Position numbers and translations under genes: made by a program | Assembly: GCA_013265495.1 (NCBI GenBank) | Contig: MU058206.1 | Span: 684,001 to 745,874 of the forward strand | Reading direction: 5' to 3' | DNA: 61,874 nt | Origin: Vicugna vicugna | Lineage: Eukaryota | The notes under the pieces: generated by a model | Seen by the model: the letters and a program-made list of their open reading frames with translations, nothing else | Databases searched by the model: none | What the model was told of the DNA's origin: nothing | In this document: piece after piece, positions 20,988 to 33,704 of the stretch | Numbering within the stretch: the first letter of the stretch is position 1 | Layout of the letters: every line of letters starts with the position of its first letter

Positions 20988-21069
20988 AAATCTTGGTTGC
21001 AACTTAATCATTGGTCCTGAGTTTTGGAATGTTCCGGGCCTGGCATGGAATGCAGTTTTTACACAACGT
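20988..21069 (+). pseudogene. LRRC37A: LRRC37 LRR exon, 82 nt (NLGCNLIIG/LSFGMFRAWHGMQFLHN), with a 1-nt insertion
   Basis: Acceptor tttgtag|A and donor gtaagt are intact. Matches recalled LRRC37 NLxCNxITELSFGTFQAWHGMQFLH once one base near 21016 is removed. Confidence 0.88.
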
Positions 21070-22847
21070 GTAAGTGAAATAGATGAATACATGTAAAAAA
21101 TTATGTGTTTTGGTTATTCGTAATTGTTTAGCTGGGTGTAAGCTCATTATGAATTCCAGAAATTATGTCTTGAGATCCATTCTTTTTTTTTGTTTGTTTT
21201 TTTTTAATGAGAAAACTAAGGTACAAAGAGGCCAAGAGACTTGCCTAACTCACATGATGGAACACTTTGCTTTCCCTAGTACTGATCTTTGGCACAAGCA
21301 ATAAAATAAAAGGCACCCGACAGAAACACTCAAATTAGCATTGTCATGGAATCCCATTGTTGCTGCTCCAAAATGCGAATGGTACTTGAAATTCCACTTT
21401 TGAGTTTAATTCCTGCTCACGTGCAAAATTCCTAACTGCTTAAAATGTATGCAGCACAGAGCTGTAAAGAACTAAGTTTAGCCTAAAATTCTTCAGGGAG
21501 CAAAAGATATGGGTGCTTCCTCAGGTGTTAGCTTCTTTGAAATGGTAAAGCAGAAAGAATTCCTGAACACCCACCACTGGGCACCTCTCTTCCCAACCAC
21601 CCAAAACATTATTTTTCAAAAAGTATATATGTCTGTAGTGAATTATCTGTGGCCAGTAGGAACCTTTGAGGTGTGGATGTTTGTGTTACGCTGTACTGTG
21701 AAAAATATAAAGGAGATTCATTGCTATCGCCTAATTCTGTGTACTTTTATTCCTGACTACTACTACTAAGTGTGGACTTTTCAGAATCTTGAAAATTCTG
21801 TGACCTCTCCATGTCACAAGCAGATCACAGCGGGTAGGTTCAGTGGCCTGAAGGGGATTTTAGACTCAAGGTGAAGAGCCTCCTCTAAATCAGGCTTTGG
21901 AAAAGACTCTCCTATTTGGTGGTTCAGAAATCCAGTTTCACACAGTTCACTTTGGGTTAATGAAGGTGTTGAGGGTGTGTTGAGCTGGATTAGCAGTTCT
22001 GCACATGCCCACCAGTGGCATCTCCCTCCCCTCTTCATTAGTTTGCTGGTGCCTAACTTGCGGAAAGAGAACAGAGGGTCAGTTTTTCTCCTGCCAGCAC
22101 ACCAGAGAGGGGGCTCGTTAGGTCCCTCCACCAGGAAGTTTTAGTAGCATCAGTACCATGTCTTAAACTCGTGACCTTTTGTAAACATTTTATAACACCG
22201 AGAATCTCTTATAAGAATCTGAGTTTCATTATAGTTATGTAGGCAACCCAGGGGGAAAATTGTGGAATCACAGTTGATAAAAATTAATGAATTTATTCCA
22301 AAACATTCACTGAGTGCCATGGGCACTGTGTGTCTGCCCTGCCCTACGTGCTGGGGTTACAAAGAAGAATAGGCCAAAGACTTTGTCCCCAAGAACCTTT
22401 CATACTGGAAGAAAATTGATGGGAAAACTTACGAGAGCCATGCTAGCATCTCTGCAGGAGGGTAACAAGCTAGAGGGGCAAGGAAGTAGAAAATGGGTGG
22501 TGGGTTAGAAAAGATGGTCGTGGAAGAGGCACGAGCCTGTTCCTCTTGTATTTCTGTGTTCATCTTAAATGGCAGAAAAAGTTAATGAAAGAATCAGAGG
22601 TGGTGTTGGAAATAAATTAATACTGTACTCCTAAAATTCATTCACAGTTACTTTCAAAAGGTGGTCAGAATACAGTAGGTGTGTATTGGGGGCTGGGCTC
22701 CTCCTTTGTTCTGTGCCAAATAAAAAAAGTCTAGATGGTGCCACCCCTTGAGTTGTCATTTTGTTGCCTATAATGACATATTACTGGGGTGTTTATAAGT
22801 TGAAATAATATTTTCCCCTGTATTAAATGTCTGGAAAAGGGCCTCAG

Positions 22848-23035
22848 CTGAGGTGGATGTATCATGAATTAAATGAAGCTGAAGCTGCAGGGCTCACCAC
22901 TTGCCTAGGTCCCTTCCAAGGTCTTAGGAGGGGTCCTAGCAATTTTTATGTTCATAACTTTGCATGTTTTTATTAGATGGGATTTTTCCAAAGTAGATGA
23001 GGTTCAAGCCCCACAAAACCTTGATTCATCCCCAC
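22848..23035 (-). mobile_element. MER53-like hAT DNA transposon
   Basis: gaggtggat...aatgaagctgaagct...cccttccaagg...caagccccacaaaaccttgattcatcccc resembles the reverse of MER53. Confidence 0.6.
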
Positions 23036-23199
23036 AAAACCTTGGTTTCAGGTAATTATAACTCAGTAGGTTTCTTGATTCAAACCTCTATGTTACTGAC
23101 AAACACCAGGTGAACAAGTGAGAGGTGTGCTAGAGTCTACTTTGAATCTGAAGTCCACCTCAAAGACAAGCCAAGAGCTAATTAGTTAATAAAGTACCG

Positions 23200-23450
23200 T
23201 TTTTTAACTTTGTTTTGTTTTGGTGGTGGGAGGTAATTTGACTTATTTGTTTATATATTCTCCGAGGTGGTACTGGTACTGCTAAGTTTAATTATTTCCT
23301 CCTTATCTATAATTTTTGTCGCTTTGATTACTATGTGACTTGGTGTGCTTCTCTTTGGGTGGATCCTGTGTGGGACTCTCTGTGCTTCCTGGATGTGGGT
23401 GACCATCTCCTTTTCCAAGCTGGGGAAGTTTTTGGTTATTAGGACGTGGG
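23200..23450 (-). mobile_element. 3' tail of a camelid SINE followed by an L1 fragment
   Basis: Reverse strand reads ccagtaccacc...aaacaaataagtcaaattacctccc plus an A-rich tail; then L1-like tgggactctctgtgcttcctgga...ggggaagttt. Confidence 0.5.
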
Positions 23451-23929
23451 CTATTTTTCAAGGCTCCCACTGGCATGGAGAGCAAAGGTCTAGGACAAGT
23501 TAAAGCAACACAGATCTCACTGTCCCGACAGAAGTTAATGTGTTTTTCTTAAATAAATTGCTCCTCAGATTGCTGCAAGCCTGTTGATTAAATTTCCAGA
23601 GTTCTGAGAAAGTTGATTCTGACCATCTTTGCCAGTTTTTGTTGTTGTTTTATGGAGGGATGAATTTTCAGATGTCCTCACTCCACCGTTTACTGATTAG
23701 CCTGCAACATGGTTTAAAATCTCTAAAGCCTCAATGACTATAGGCTAATTAAATATTTAATCATGGGAGATAATTGAAGAAAAGAAATAAGAGAGAAAGT
23801 GTAATTCTCATAGAGGCTCTCCCAGGTGGGGAGATGAAATTTGAAAAGGTATTTCTATATTTAGTGCCCTCAGAATTAAGGTTAAAGTAACAGTTATTTT
23901 AAACACACTCTTTTTTTTTTTTTTAATGC

Positions 23930-24140
23930 AGGTTAAACACAGGCTTTGGAGTCAGAACTGAGTTCAAATTCCAGCTCTGCCTCTTACTAGCTTGATGACT
24001 TAGGACAAGTTACATAACTTCTCTGTGCCTTGGTTTCCTCATTTGTAAAATGGGATAATATTATCTATCACATAAGGTTACAGTGAGGATTAAATATTAA
24101 ATGTTGATCATAGGTACCTGGCAATCCAAAGGGTGTTAGT
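23930..24140 (+). mobile_element. MIR SINE
   Basis: ggctttggagtcaga...ttcaaattccagctctgcc...gtttcctcatttgtaaaatgggataat. Confidence 0.85.
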
Positions 24141-26704
24141 TGTGATGATCTTTATAATATAATGTGAAAAGTACACTAATGATTCTTGAGTAGAGTTAAT
24201 TAACTTAAAGGCAGATTTTCTTTTCTTTCTTCCTTTTTCCTTTGGGTTTTTAAATTGTTTTTCTTTTTCTTGTTTGTTTTAAAGAATTGAGAAGAAAATC
24301 TATTCCAGCACTTTGGAATAAAAATTTGTTTCAGAAAAATGAATTTGTCACTGTTGATATATAAACAATATTATTTATTCAACAAACATTTATTAAGTAC
24401 CTAGTAAACATTGGGCTCTGTGTCAGGCACGGAGATGACAATGACAATAAAGTATACTCCCTGCTCTCACGGAGCTGACAGTCTGGGACTGACAAGTAAG
24501 CAGTGACCCCACACACGGCAGCAGAGGCTCTGATGGAAGCACACACGGGAGTGTGCGGTGGGAGTGTGGGTCTCCCCAGCTCCTCTTGTATTCTTTTCAG
24601 CTCCAGAACCAAGGGATTGGTCCTACTTTTGTCTTTCACTGGGTAGTTTAAACCATGAAATTTAAAAAATTTCTAGAGATGAAAGAAAAATGCCTTGAAT
24701 TATGGAGGACACTAAAACAGTATTTCTTACAGAGGAGGGGCTTCCTACCAGCATAGTCCCTTCTAGGGTTTTTGACCTAAAAAGTTCTTTGACTTTTTTT
24801 TTCTTTGCTATCCATCTTTTTTCCCTATTTTTTTCTTTCTGTTCTCCACTTTATTATCTAGACACCTGGGTAGTTCCCATATGAAGAGTGCTTTATGAAT
24901 TCTAAGGGTGATTTGTAGGTAAATTCAGAAAAAAATTTTTTTTTTACCTTCAAGTTCCATATCAAAATAATGAATATAAACTTTCATGGACATTATTGAA
25001 GTTCCTCTCCATGTTCCGGACCGCCTCTGCGCTCCAGTGGGAGAGAACGCTGCAGGAGAGAGAGGGGCCTCCCACCACTTCCTCTACCTGTGCTGGGTGG
25101 TCCCACCTGCCCTCCACTTGGGGGCGAGGAGTTGGCCCTTATCCCAGGAAGAAAAGTGATCCCTTCCTGGTGAACCACCCCGGTGTCAGTGGGGAGCCCA
25201 GAGCCCAGTGCCCAGCCACCAGGCAAGGAAGCAGTTGCCGGCATCTCCAGGGGAGGGATCACAGGACCCTTGAGAGTCCATCCCCATCTCTTCCCTCTCC
25301 CACACTTAACCACCAGCTCCCCCTCCACCACGGTGAACTCCACCTAAGTTAGGAGAGCATGAGGAAGGGGAACCACCAACTCAGCAAGGCTCCCAGGGGA
25401 GGTCACATGTGGTCTGGGCCTTGACAGAGGGGAGGACCTTGCCAGAGCAGGGAGGGGAAGCCATTCTGAGCAGAGGGGCTGTCTGAGAGAGGGTGCAAAA
25501 GCGTGGAAGGAGGGGCGGTGTGCGTGAAAATGCTGAATCATCAGTTTGGAGACAGCACAAGGGATGGGAGAGCGAGTGGATTGAGATGGAGCTGGCCTCG
25601 CACGTTGGGGGCACCCTGGATGCCCCCCGTTCTTGTGGATCACCCTCTGTGCTTGAAATGCCCATCCTGCCCTGGGGGCAGCCAGCAGGACCCCAGGCAA
25701 AACCTCCTGCTCCTCTGAGAACCTCTCCCCATCCACTCTCTCCTTCCAGACTTGGTGGCTGGAGTCTGGCTGTCCCTGGGTGTGTCTGGTTGCCATCACC
25801 CTTGTCCGCAGGCCTCTCTCTCCCCGGCTGCTTTGCTAGAATGTGCGTGTATGGCCAAACCTCGGGCGCAGCCTCCCCTACTCTCCCGTGGTTCCGTGGG
25901 CCGCAGTACAGAGTGCAGCCCAGACAAGCCGCCTGGCACCTGCTGCTTCAGGAAAGAAGTTTGGCCAGGAGAGGAGAGGGGGGCTGGTCTGACGTGAGGT
26001 GAATGGGATACCTGACCCCGATCCCCCCCGAGTCTTGAGTCCCCGCTTCTCAGAAACATATTCACCCAAGCAGCCCCCGGGCCTTTGGCCTTACCTCCTT
26101 CATTCTACTTTTAGAAAAACCAGGGACTCTGCAGCAGGGAGTAGCCTATTTTGACAGAGTCCAAGTGGAGCAGCGTGGGGAGGGGTAACCGAAGGGGCGG
26201 GAAGCGTGTCTCTGTTGGCGGGCACTGCCTTGCCCGGAACTCGCTTTTCTTCCCCAGTGTTAATTATCAAAATTAACTGAACAGTATAAATAACTCAACT
26301 CGGAGACTTGAAAAGCCTCACTTCTAATTAATTCATTTTCAATCAAGACACTTCTGCACGCCCCCTACCCTAGAATCTGAGGGATGGGAACCTCATTGTG
26401 CTGCTTTTTAGATATCGAGTCCCTTGCTCCTGAGATGTGAAAGCTCAAAGAGAAAAGAGAGAGAGGAAGGAAAAACACTCAGCTTCCTTGGAAGGGGACA
26501 GCCTATAAATAACCCCATATTGGTGCATTTGATGGACAACATTCGTGTCTAGATTGGCTTTTGTCGAGATGAGGAAACATGGAGGGTGGGGGTGGGGTGC
26601 AGAGACTTCCATCTGCCGCCTCCTTTACTGGGCAATAAATTTAAAGCAAGACTGTGAGCACCGTCCAAGGCCTCTGTGTTGGCTAGAGCTGGGGAGACTG
26701 ATCG

Positions 26705-26900
26705 ATAGAGAAGGAGGAGGAGGAGGGATGGGGAAAGGGGAAAATAGAGAAAGAAACGACAGGGAAAATGCAAGCCCTAGGATGAGTGCAGGGAATGGGG
26801 GGAAGAGAAGGGGAGAGGAGGGGAAAAGAGGGAAAAAGGAGGGAGAAGAAAGATGAGAAAAAAGAAGGGTCGAAGGGAAAAGAGTGACAGGGAGGGGCAG
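26705..26900. repeat. Purine-rich low-complexity tract (a second one lies at ~27235-27378)
   Basis: Almost entirely G/A on the plus strand. Confidence 0.7.
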
Positions 26901-27439
26901 ATGGGAGGGACATTTCCATCCCCACCTTGTACCGTGACCCTTGCCAGACACCCGGGGAGCTGCTCCAGGGCTGTCCTGCCTTGTGTCCAGCTGCCTCACG
27001 CCAACATCCCCCAGTGTCTCCCCTCCCAGGCTGCGGGCATCCTCTCCTTCGAGAAGTCATGTGGCCTCTGTGCCCCACCCAAGTGCCCTGGCAGCCCCCA
27101 GCAGTAGACCATGGCGCTGGCTCCCTGCCAGGAGGAAGGGACCCAGGCCAAGAGCAAGCCAGCCTCCCGGGGGCTCTGCTCCTTGCCTTCCTGAACAAAG
27201 TGCCCTGCTGGACGTTGGCCTGGCCGAGGGGAGCATGAGACAGAGATGGAGAGGGACAGGAAGGAGGAAGGAGGCAGAAGCAGAGGCACAGAGAGAAGGA
27301 CCAAGTCCAAGAAGAGATGAGAGAGAGAAGAGAGAGGCAGAGGCCTAGAGACAGACAGAGACACAGGGAGAGAGAGGGTTCAGGCTCCGGGGGCCTAGGT
27401 CCCTTGGGGTCCAGATCGCGGGGCCAGCTGGAGCTGAGG

Positions 27440-27630
27440 CCTGGGAGGCCAGTGTTGGGTGGGCTCTGTCGAGCGCCGTGACCTTGGGCAGACGACTGCC
27501 TCCTCTTTCCACACCTGCAAAATCGTGGTAACGTCAGCCCTTTCCTCCTCCTGGGGTGGTTGTGAAGACGACACGAAGTTAAATCATCACCAAACTTTTA
27601 ACCAGGGGTCTGGCCCGATATGAGAACTCA
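27440..27630 (+). mobile_element. MIR SINE
   Basis: gtgaccttgggca...cacctgcaaaat...ggtggttgtgaagac. Confidence 0.55.
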
Positions 27631-30600
27631 ATTCTAGACGGCGGTCGTGATTACTAGCAGTACTAGTAGTGGCAGAGCTAGTCCTAGTAGCAGGGCTGGG
27701 TTTCCTTCCTCATCACACCCTCCGGCTGTGAGCGCCCCCAGGTGGACACACAGTCTTCTGCAGCAGGTGGACCATGGCCCCAGCCTCCCAGCTCACCAGG
27801 CTGCGGCTCCAGCTCGGCTCCCCCCTCACCGGCCCTGTCCCGGCTCCAGTGTGGGGGCTTCAGGGGTCGAGTCTCTTCGGGTGGGCTGAGAATCCCTCTC
27901 GGGGTGGGGGGTGCAGCCCAGGTTCCCTTCTGCTCCTGAGTGCACCTCCCTGGCCCTGTATGGCCATAGGGCCTGGGGCTTAGGGCAGGTTGTCGACCTC
28001 TGGAGCCCATGGCCACGGGGGCTGACGCCAGCCAGCCTCTGCTTCCTCCCCACTCCACCCCCCACCTCCAGCTGCCTCCCGTTGGATACAGTCCACCTGG
28101 TCTTCCTCCTCCAGCTTCCATCGCGTCAACTCTAGCTGGGATTAAGGCCTGGACCAGGTGGGGAGAGTGGCCCTTCCCAGCCACATCCTGTCTCCGGGCC
28201 TCTCCTTCCAGCAGGCTGCTGGGAGCCAGCCCCCCAGCAATCTGATCTCCATTAGCTCTTTCTCTGGTTCTCATTACTGTAGCCCAGGCAGCTTCGGAAA
28301 CGTGTAATTTCCCCGCTGACTTTCTCTTCTTCCTTTGCCTTTTGAGGTCCCTCCCCCGCCCCCAGACCTCCTTGGAGGCCCCTCCTTCAGTGGACCAGCA
28401 AAGGGGGAATAGATTCACCTGACATTTATGGGGGTGCCTATGATGTGACCCTCAACCTCAGCCCAACTCTGGGTCTCAGGGAGCATAACTTGGCCTTACC
28501 TCCTAAATTAAAAAATAAATGCCCCCTCACCTCTTCCTGCCCCTTGGGTCCCCTGATCCTCCCCTCCCCTACTCGCCGCATACACCCCAGAGCCTGAGGC
28601 AGGGCTGCTGGCAGCTCCACTGAGTCTCTACAGAAGGTCTCTGTTGGGCTCCACACAAGGGAGGCAGGCAAGAGTGAATGAGCTGCCTGAATGGTCAAAC
28701 AAGTGAACGAAGACATGGCAGCAGGGGAGGGGAAAGAACTCAGCCAGGAAAAAACCCAAAGCCCATGAGACTTATCGCCCCTCTCTATTTCTCCAGCCTC
28801 AGCCGCTGTGTCCCCATTTAGAACCGCCTCACTCCTTCCTCATTTACAACTCAGCACAGGAATCGCCTCTTCCTAGAAGCCCTCCATTTTGTCCCAGCCT
28901 ATGTGACCCATGGGGACCTCAGGCACCCTGCGCGTTCCAGACCCCCATCACCATCACACTGTGGCGCGGTCGGTGGTGGCCTTCGCTCTCCGTCTGGATG
29001 CCGAGCCTCTCGGGGAGGAGAGCGAGTGTGTCTGTTAACCATCTGGTGGCCTCCTTGCCCAGCACGGCCCTGTGCAGCAAGTACTCAGTAACTGTGGGTA
29101 AATGAACGTGTGGATAAAAGAATCAATGAATGAAGGAGATGAACCAGCAGCAGCCTGAACAGCCACTGGCGGAGGACCGGGGGCGTCAAAGAAGGCGATG
29201 CCCTTCATGTAGTCGTTAAACACTCCCCTAGGACGCAAGGGGCAGCCCGGGGAGAGGAGTAAGGAGGACAAAGTGGAATTGCAACTCTGTCTAAATTCAG
29301 TATGCCATGTGTCCAAGAACCAGAAGGGAGCCATTGTGTTTTTTTCCTTTTAAAAAAGCCTCCTTTAATGTCAGAATATTATGTTTACAATTCACAAGTG
29401 ACTTTTTAAGGACATTCTGATGCCGTTAGGGGCAGGGAAGAAGCCCAAATGAACAGGAGAGACTGTGGCAGGGACTTCCCGATCACCCCCTTCTTAGGTC
29501 TCAGGCTCCTCACTGTTTCCAGCCCCTTCTCCAGGACTGGACATCGGCCTGGCCAAGCCCCAATTGCCTGGAGGAGGGAGAGAGAAACCTGCTTGCAGGG
29601 GAGGGCAGCTGCAGAGCCCAAACCACCTTGATTAAGTGTCTAAATGGACAGGCCTGGGCAGTGCCCAGATGGAGTATGGCAGACATTGTCCCTGCCCTCT
29701 GGGGCTTCCAGGGTGATCCAGACACACAGATGGGGATGAGCATGGATGGGCAGCCAAGGGTGAAAATAAAACAGAATGTAAAATCAGACTCTGTGTGTCG
29801 ACACGTACATATAAAGTGACCTTCTCTGTTCTCTCTACCTGGTGAACTCCTATTCACCCTTCAAGGCCCAATTCATTTATCCAGTCATTCATGTATTCAT
29901 TTGTCTGTTGCTCAGCACCATTTTGCCCTTATTAGCTTATGGGAAACCTCCTCTTCCCAACTCTTCTGTGGGGGAGAAGCTTACTTTCACACTACCTTCA
30001 CCCCTCCTCCCACTCTGGGAATTGTCCTGTGATCAGAGCCTGGTGAATTAGTGTATACAATACCCCTAACCACGTGATTGGTTTAAGGATGTTTGTATCA
30101 CTAAACCCACCCACTGAGAGTCAGCCCTGGGCTTCCTTTGGGGCCACAAGGAAAGAAGTGCTTGCTTTGTGCTAGGATGCCAAGCTAGAATACTGAGCCT
30201 TCTTACCATCCTTTGGGGAGAGCCTGACTGAGGATAAAACCAACACAAGAAGAAAGCAGAGCCAAGAGGTGCTCACTGGTGACAATCAGCACCCGCACCT
30301 AGTTTTGCCTCGATACTGACCCTCATATTATACCCTACTCCAGGAAGTTTCAGTTATGTTATGCCATATTCGCCTGGCTGAGCTTGATGGCGGAATCCAA
30401 AGATGACTAGGGCACAGCCCCTGCCTTCTAGAAGCTCAGAGTCCAAATGCTGCCCCTCTGTGCTACCTGGCCAACTTCCACAATGGGTCCCCTTCTCCCC
30501 TCTGCTTCCCAGCAGTACGTCCACATTATTCATTCAACAAACATTCATTGGCTACCTTCTACCCAGCAGGCTATGTGGTTCCTCGATTGTCCTAGTGTTG

Positions 30601-32479
30601 TAGACTAAATCTACATTGGTCTTTGCCTCTGCTTGTTAGACTGGGAGCACTCTGATGTTGGGCACCATTTTGGTGAATCCCCAGTGCCTGACGCCTGCCT
30701 TGCTCCTGTTTGTTGAATGAATGAACGAGGGCATGCCTCTGTGTTAGGGGAGGCAGTGGACAGCCAACGGGAAGTTGATAGTTGATGTAGAGCAGAAGGT
30801 CCTGGAGGGCTCTAGATCCAGCTAGAGCTCCACCAGAAAAGCCAGCCCACAGCTCTGATCCATCCAGCAAGCCTTCCTGCAGAAGCAGTCCACACACTTG
30901 CCCCAAGGGTACCCCCTTTTCTCTTCCTGTCTCTCCTTCATCCTCCATTCTTTGTCCTTTTCCTCATCTATATCTCCAGCTCTCCCATCTTCCCACTGGG
31001 TCAGTCCTGGTCCATGTCTGCAGCTGGGTAAATTTCTGTAAACAATTAAATCTGTAATAAATTCAGTTGTATTACATCCTTATTAGAAGTTTATAGCATT
31101 TGGGAAGAGGGACTTGGGCGGCTAAGAGGCTGATATCCTCTCTGACGGCTGAGTGCCTGGAAGTGGAGTGCTCCCATTTTCAAGTTAACTTGAGCTTTAC
31201 ATGTTTCATTATCTCTGCACATTTCCCCCTGTTGAATCATCCTGAGCCTCTCTCCTTCCTCTCTGCCTAAGAGAATTTCTCCTCCTTTACCTTCTTCTAG
31301 TCCCAGGAGATATTCTTACAGCAGGAAGGATGCAGGTTACACAACAAGAACTTCCATTCAATAGCACACTAAAAGAATCCTTAGGCAGAAGGACAGGAAG
31401 GGAGGAAGGTGTAAGTGTCTCCATCCATGGAGAACTGTGGTCACAGGTGAGAGAAAGGAAGGCCTGCTCTCTCAACCGCAAACCTGGGGACCTGAGACCC
31501 CCCAGAGCAGCTGACATGATTGGGTTGGAGAACCCAAGACTGGATGGGAAGTGGGGAAAAACAGCTGCACACGTCTGGAAGATACTTGCCCAGCTCCATT
31601 AGCCCCGGCACCAGCCGGACCGTGTTTGATGTTTGATCTTGCCCTCAGCTCAGGGAGGAAGCCAATGAAATGTCAGGGACCACTCATGGAGCCACCCCCT
31701 GCTACCAGCCTGGCTTCCCTCCCCAGATCCCCTGACAGCCCACGCCAACTTCCAAGGCATAAATGAAATGCCAGAAAACCAAACACTGACCTCCCCCAAC
31801 CCCTGATCCTCACAACAGTGGAGACAGAGCCAATTCCCCGTGGGTAGGGGGGGGGTGTGCTGGAGCTCCGACCAACTTGCACCCCTCCCCATGCTTTCTT
31901 GTCTGTCCCAGGCCCTAGGAGAGAGGCTGAGTGCCAGACCACAGTCACGCCTCATTTTGGTTCTTTTTGCAGAGGGCAGGTAGTTGATGGAGACTTTTTT
32001 TAGGGAGGTGGGAGTGAATCTCCACCACTTACTTGGAAAAACAAGTGTTTGCGGATAGCTAGGTAAAACAGCAAACTTCTATTAAGTAGGACTAGAATGA
32101 ATAGCAGGGAATGCAAAGCTAATGTGCATTTACTGAGTGCCTACTACATGCCTACATACAGAAGTGAATAAAATGGTCCACCGGGGAGGTAGATATAAAA
32201 GCAGACATAAATAGGGTGACAAGGACAGTTACGGCACCAGGAAGTAGCTGGAGGCATTAATTCACCAGGGGAAGAAGCAGAGGGCTTCACGGAGTCAATG
32301 ACACTTAAGCTGGGCTGAGAAGGGTGAATAGGAGCAAGCAAGGCAGAGATGAAAAGGAGGAGACTTCTGGGTGGTTGGCGGGGAAACTAAGGTAAGCCCT
32401 GGACAGCAGCAAAGCATGTGAGAGTGCAGGGGGTGGTGTGGGCGGAGGCAGTGCTGGAAAAAGCTCATATCTAATAACC

Positions 32480-32690
32480 TTCACATTTATACAGCACTGG
32501 ACATTTTGTAAGGTGCTTTTCAAAGCCACAATCTCATCTAACCTTTTCCACAACTTGTGGGAGGCAGGTTTTAGATGCCCAGTGCAGAAACAAGGAAACT
32601 GAAGCTCAGAGAAATCAAGTGACTGATCTGAAGTCACACAGCAACTGCTCAGGCTGCATCTGAGCTGAGCAAGCCCTGTGCAGTCTCTGG
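32480..32690 (-). mobile_element. MIR SINE
   Basis: ggaaactgaagctcagagaaatcaagtgact...aagtcacacagc. Confidence 0.65.
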
Positions 32691-33194
32691 CCCTTGTGGG
32701 GCTTTTAGATTGGGGGAAGACAAGGTGGGGTGAGTGAACAGATGGATGCACCTGGGACCCCAGCCTAGGCCCAGGAACAAAGAATCAGCTGGGAGAATGA
32801 AGGGGGCATTGTGGCAGACTTCCTGGCAGAGGGAGCCGCAGAGTTTTGTTGGGCTGGAGGAGGGGTGGACAGGGGCTGGGGGGAAATAGCTGATGTGAAA
32901 AAACTTAGTGAAGGTGGTGGTTAAGAGACAGGGAGAGTTATGGTGGCACAAGGGAGGCACCGGAACTGTGTATCAGACTGAATTGAGCCAAAGTGGGATG
33001 AGCTGGGATGACAGCAAGGGGAAGAAGGGCTTAAGGCAGCCCTGAGGGACACCAGGCACGCGAGGCAACAGGGGCTCCCCACGGGAAGCTGTGGGGGGAA
33101 GTGGTTAAGAGTGTGCTTTGGAGACGAAGATGCCGCTAGTCCCCATGTAATGGCCTGATCTCAGAGTTGGGCCCAGACAGGTGCCCGGGTATTC

Positions 33195-33238
33195 AAAAAA
33201 AAAAAAAAGAAAGAAAGAAAGAAAGAAAGAAAAGAAGA
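33195..33238. repeat. Poly(A)/(GAAA)n microsatellite
   Basis: Seen directly. Confidence 0.85.
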
Positions 33239-33704
33239 GTGGACTTTGGAGAGGGAGGGAGCTGGGTTCAAATCCTAGCTGCACAACTTTCTAGCTCCCA
33301 CCATCTCAGAGGAGTGGGATTTAAGTAGGTCAGTGCTGAGTACAGTGCCTGGTACTTGGCATGTGCGTTCATTTATGGGATGTCCCATGAAAATTACGGT
33401 AGAAATGAAACTTTAAAAAAATTAATATCTATTGAATAACAGCTGTGTGGTAAAAGCTGTTTAAGATGCTTCTACACGGGTCAGAGTTTCCCAGAGCTGC
33501 TGGGTCATGAGGCTCACTGGGGTGACTCAGATCCTCTGGGGGGACTAAGTATTTTTAATAAGGGTCCCAGGTGATTGTGACGTCAGGCAAGTTTGGGAAA
33601 CACTAACAGGTGAGCAAAGCTAAAGAAGGCTGGTTCTAGCTTTGAGGGGGTGAGGAGGGCAGTTGCAGATGGGGTCCAAGTCAAAAGGACAAGGGACTAT
33701 GGGG

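Noticed and set aside
21785..21833. Exon-like unit tttcag|AATCTTG...GCGG|gtaggt as the next LRRC37 exon
   Set aside because: It is 49 nt, has a stop in the expected frame and does not convincingly match ILNHNPLTTVED.
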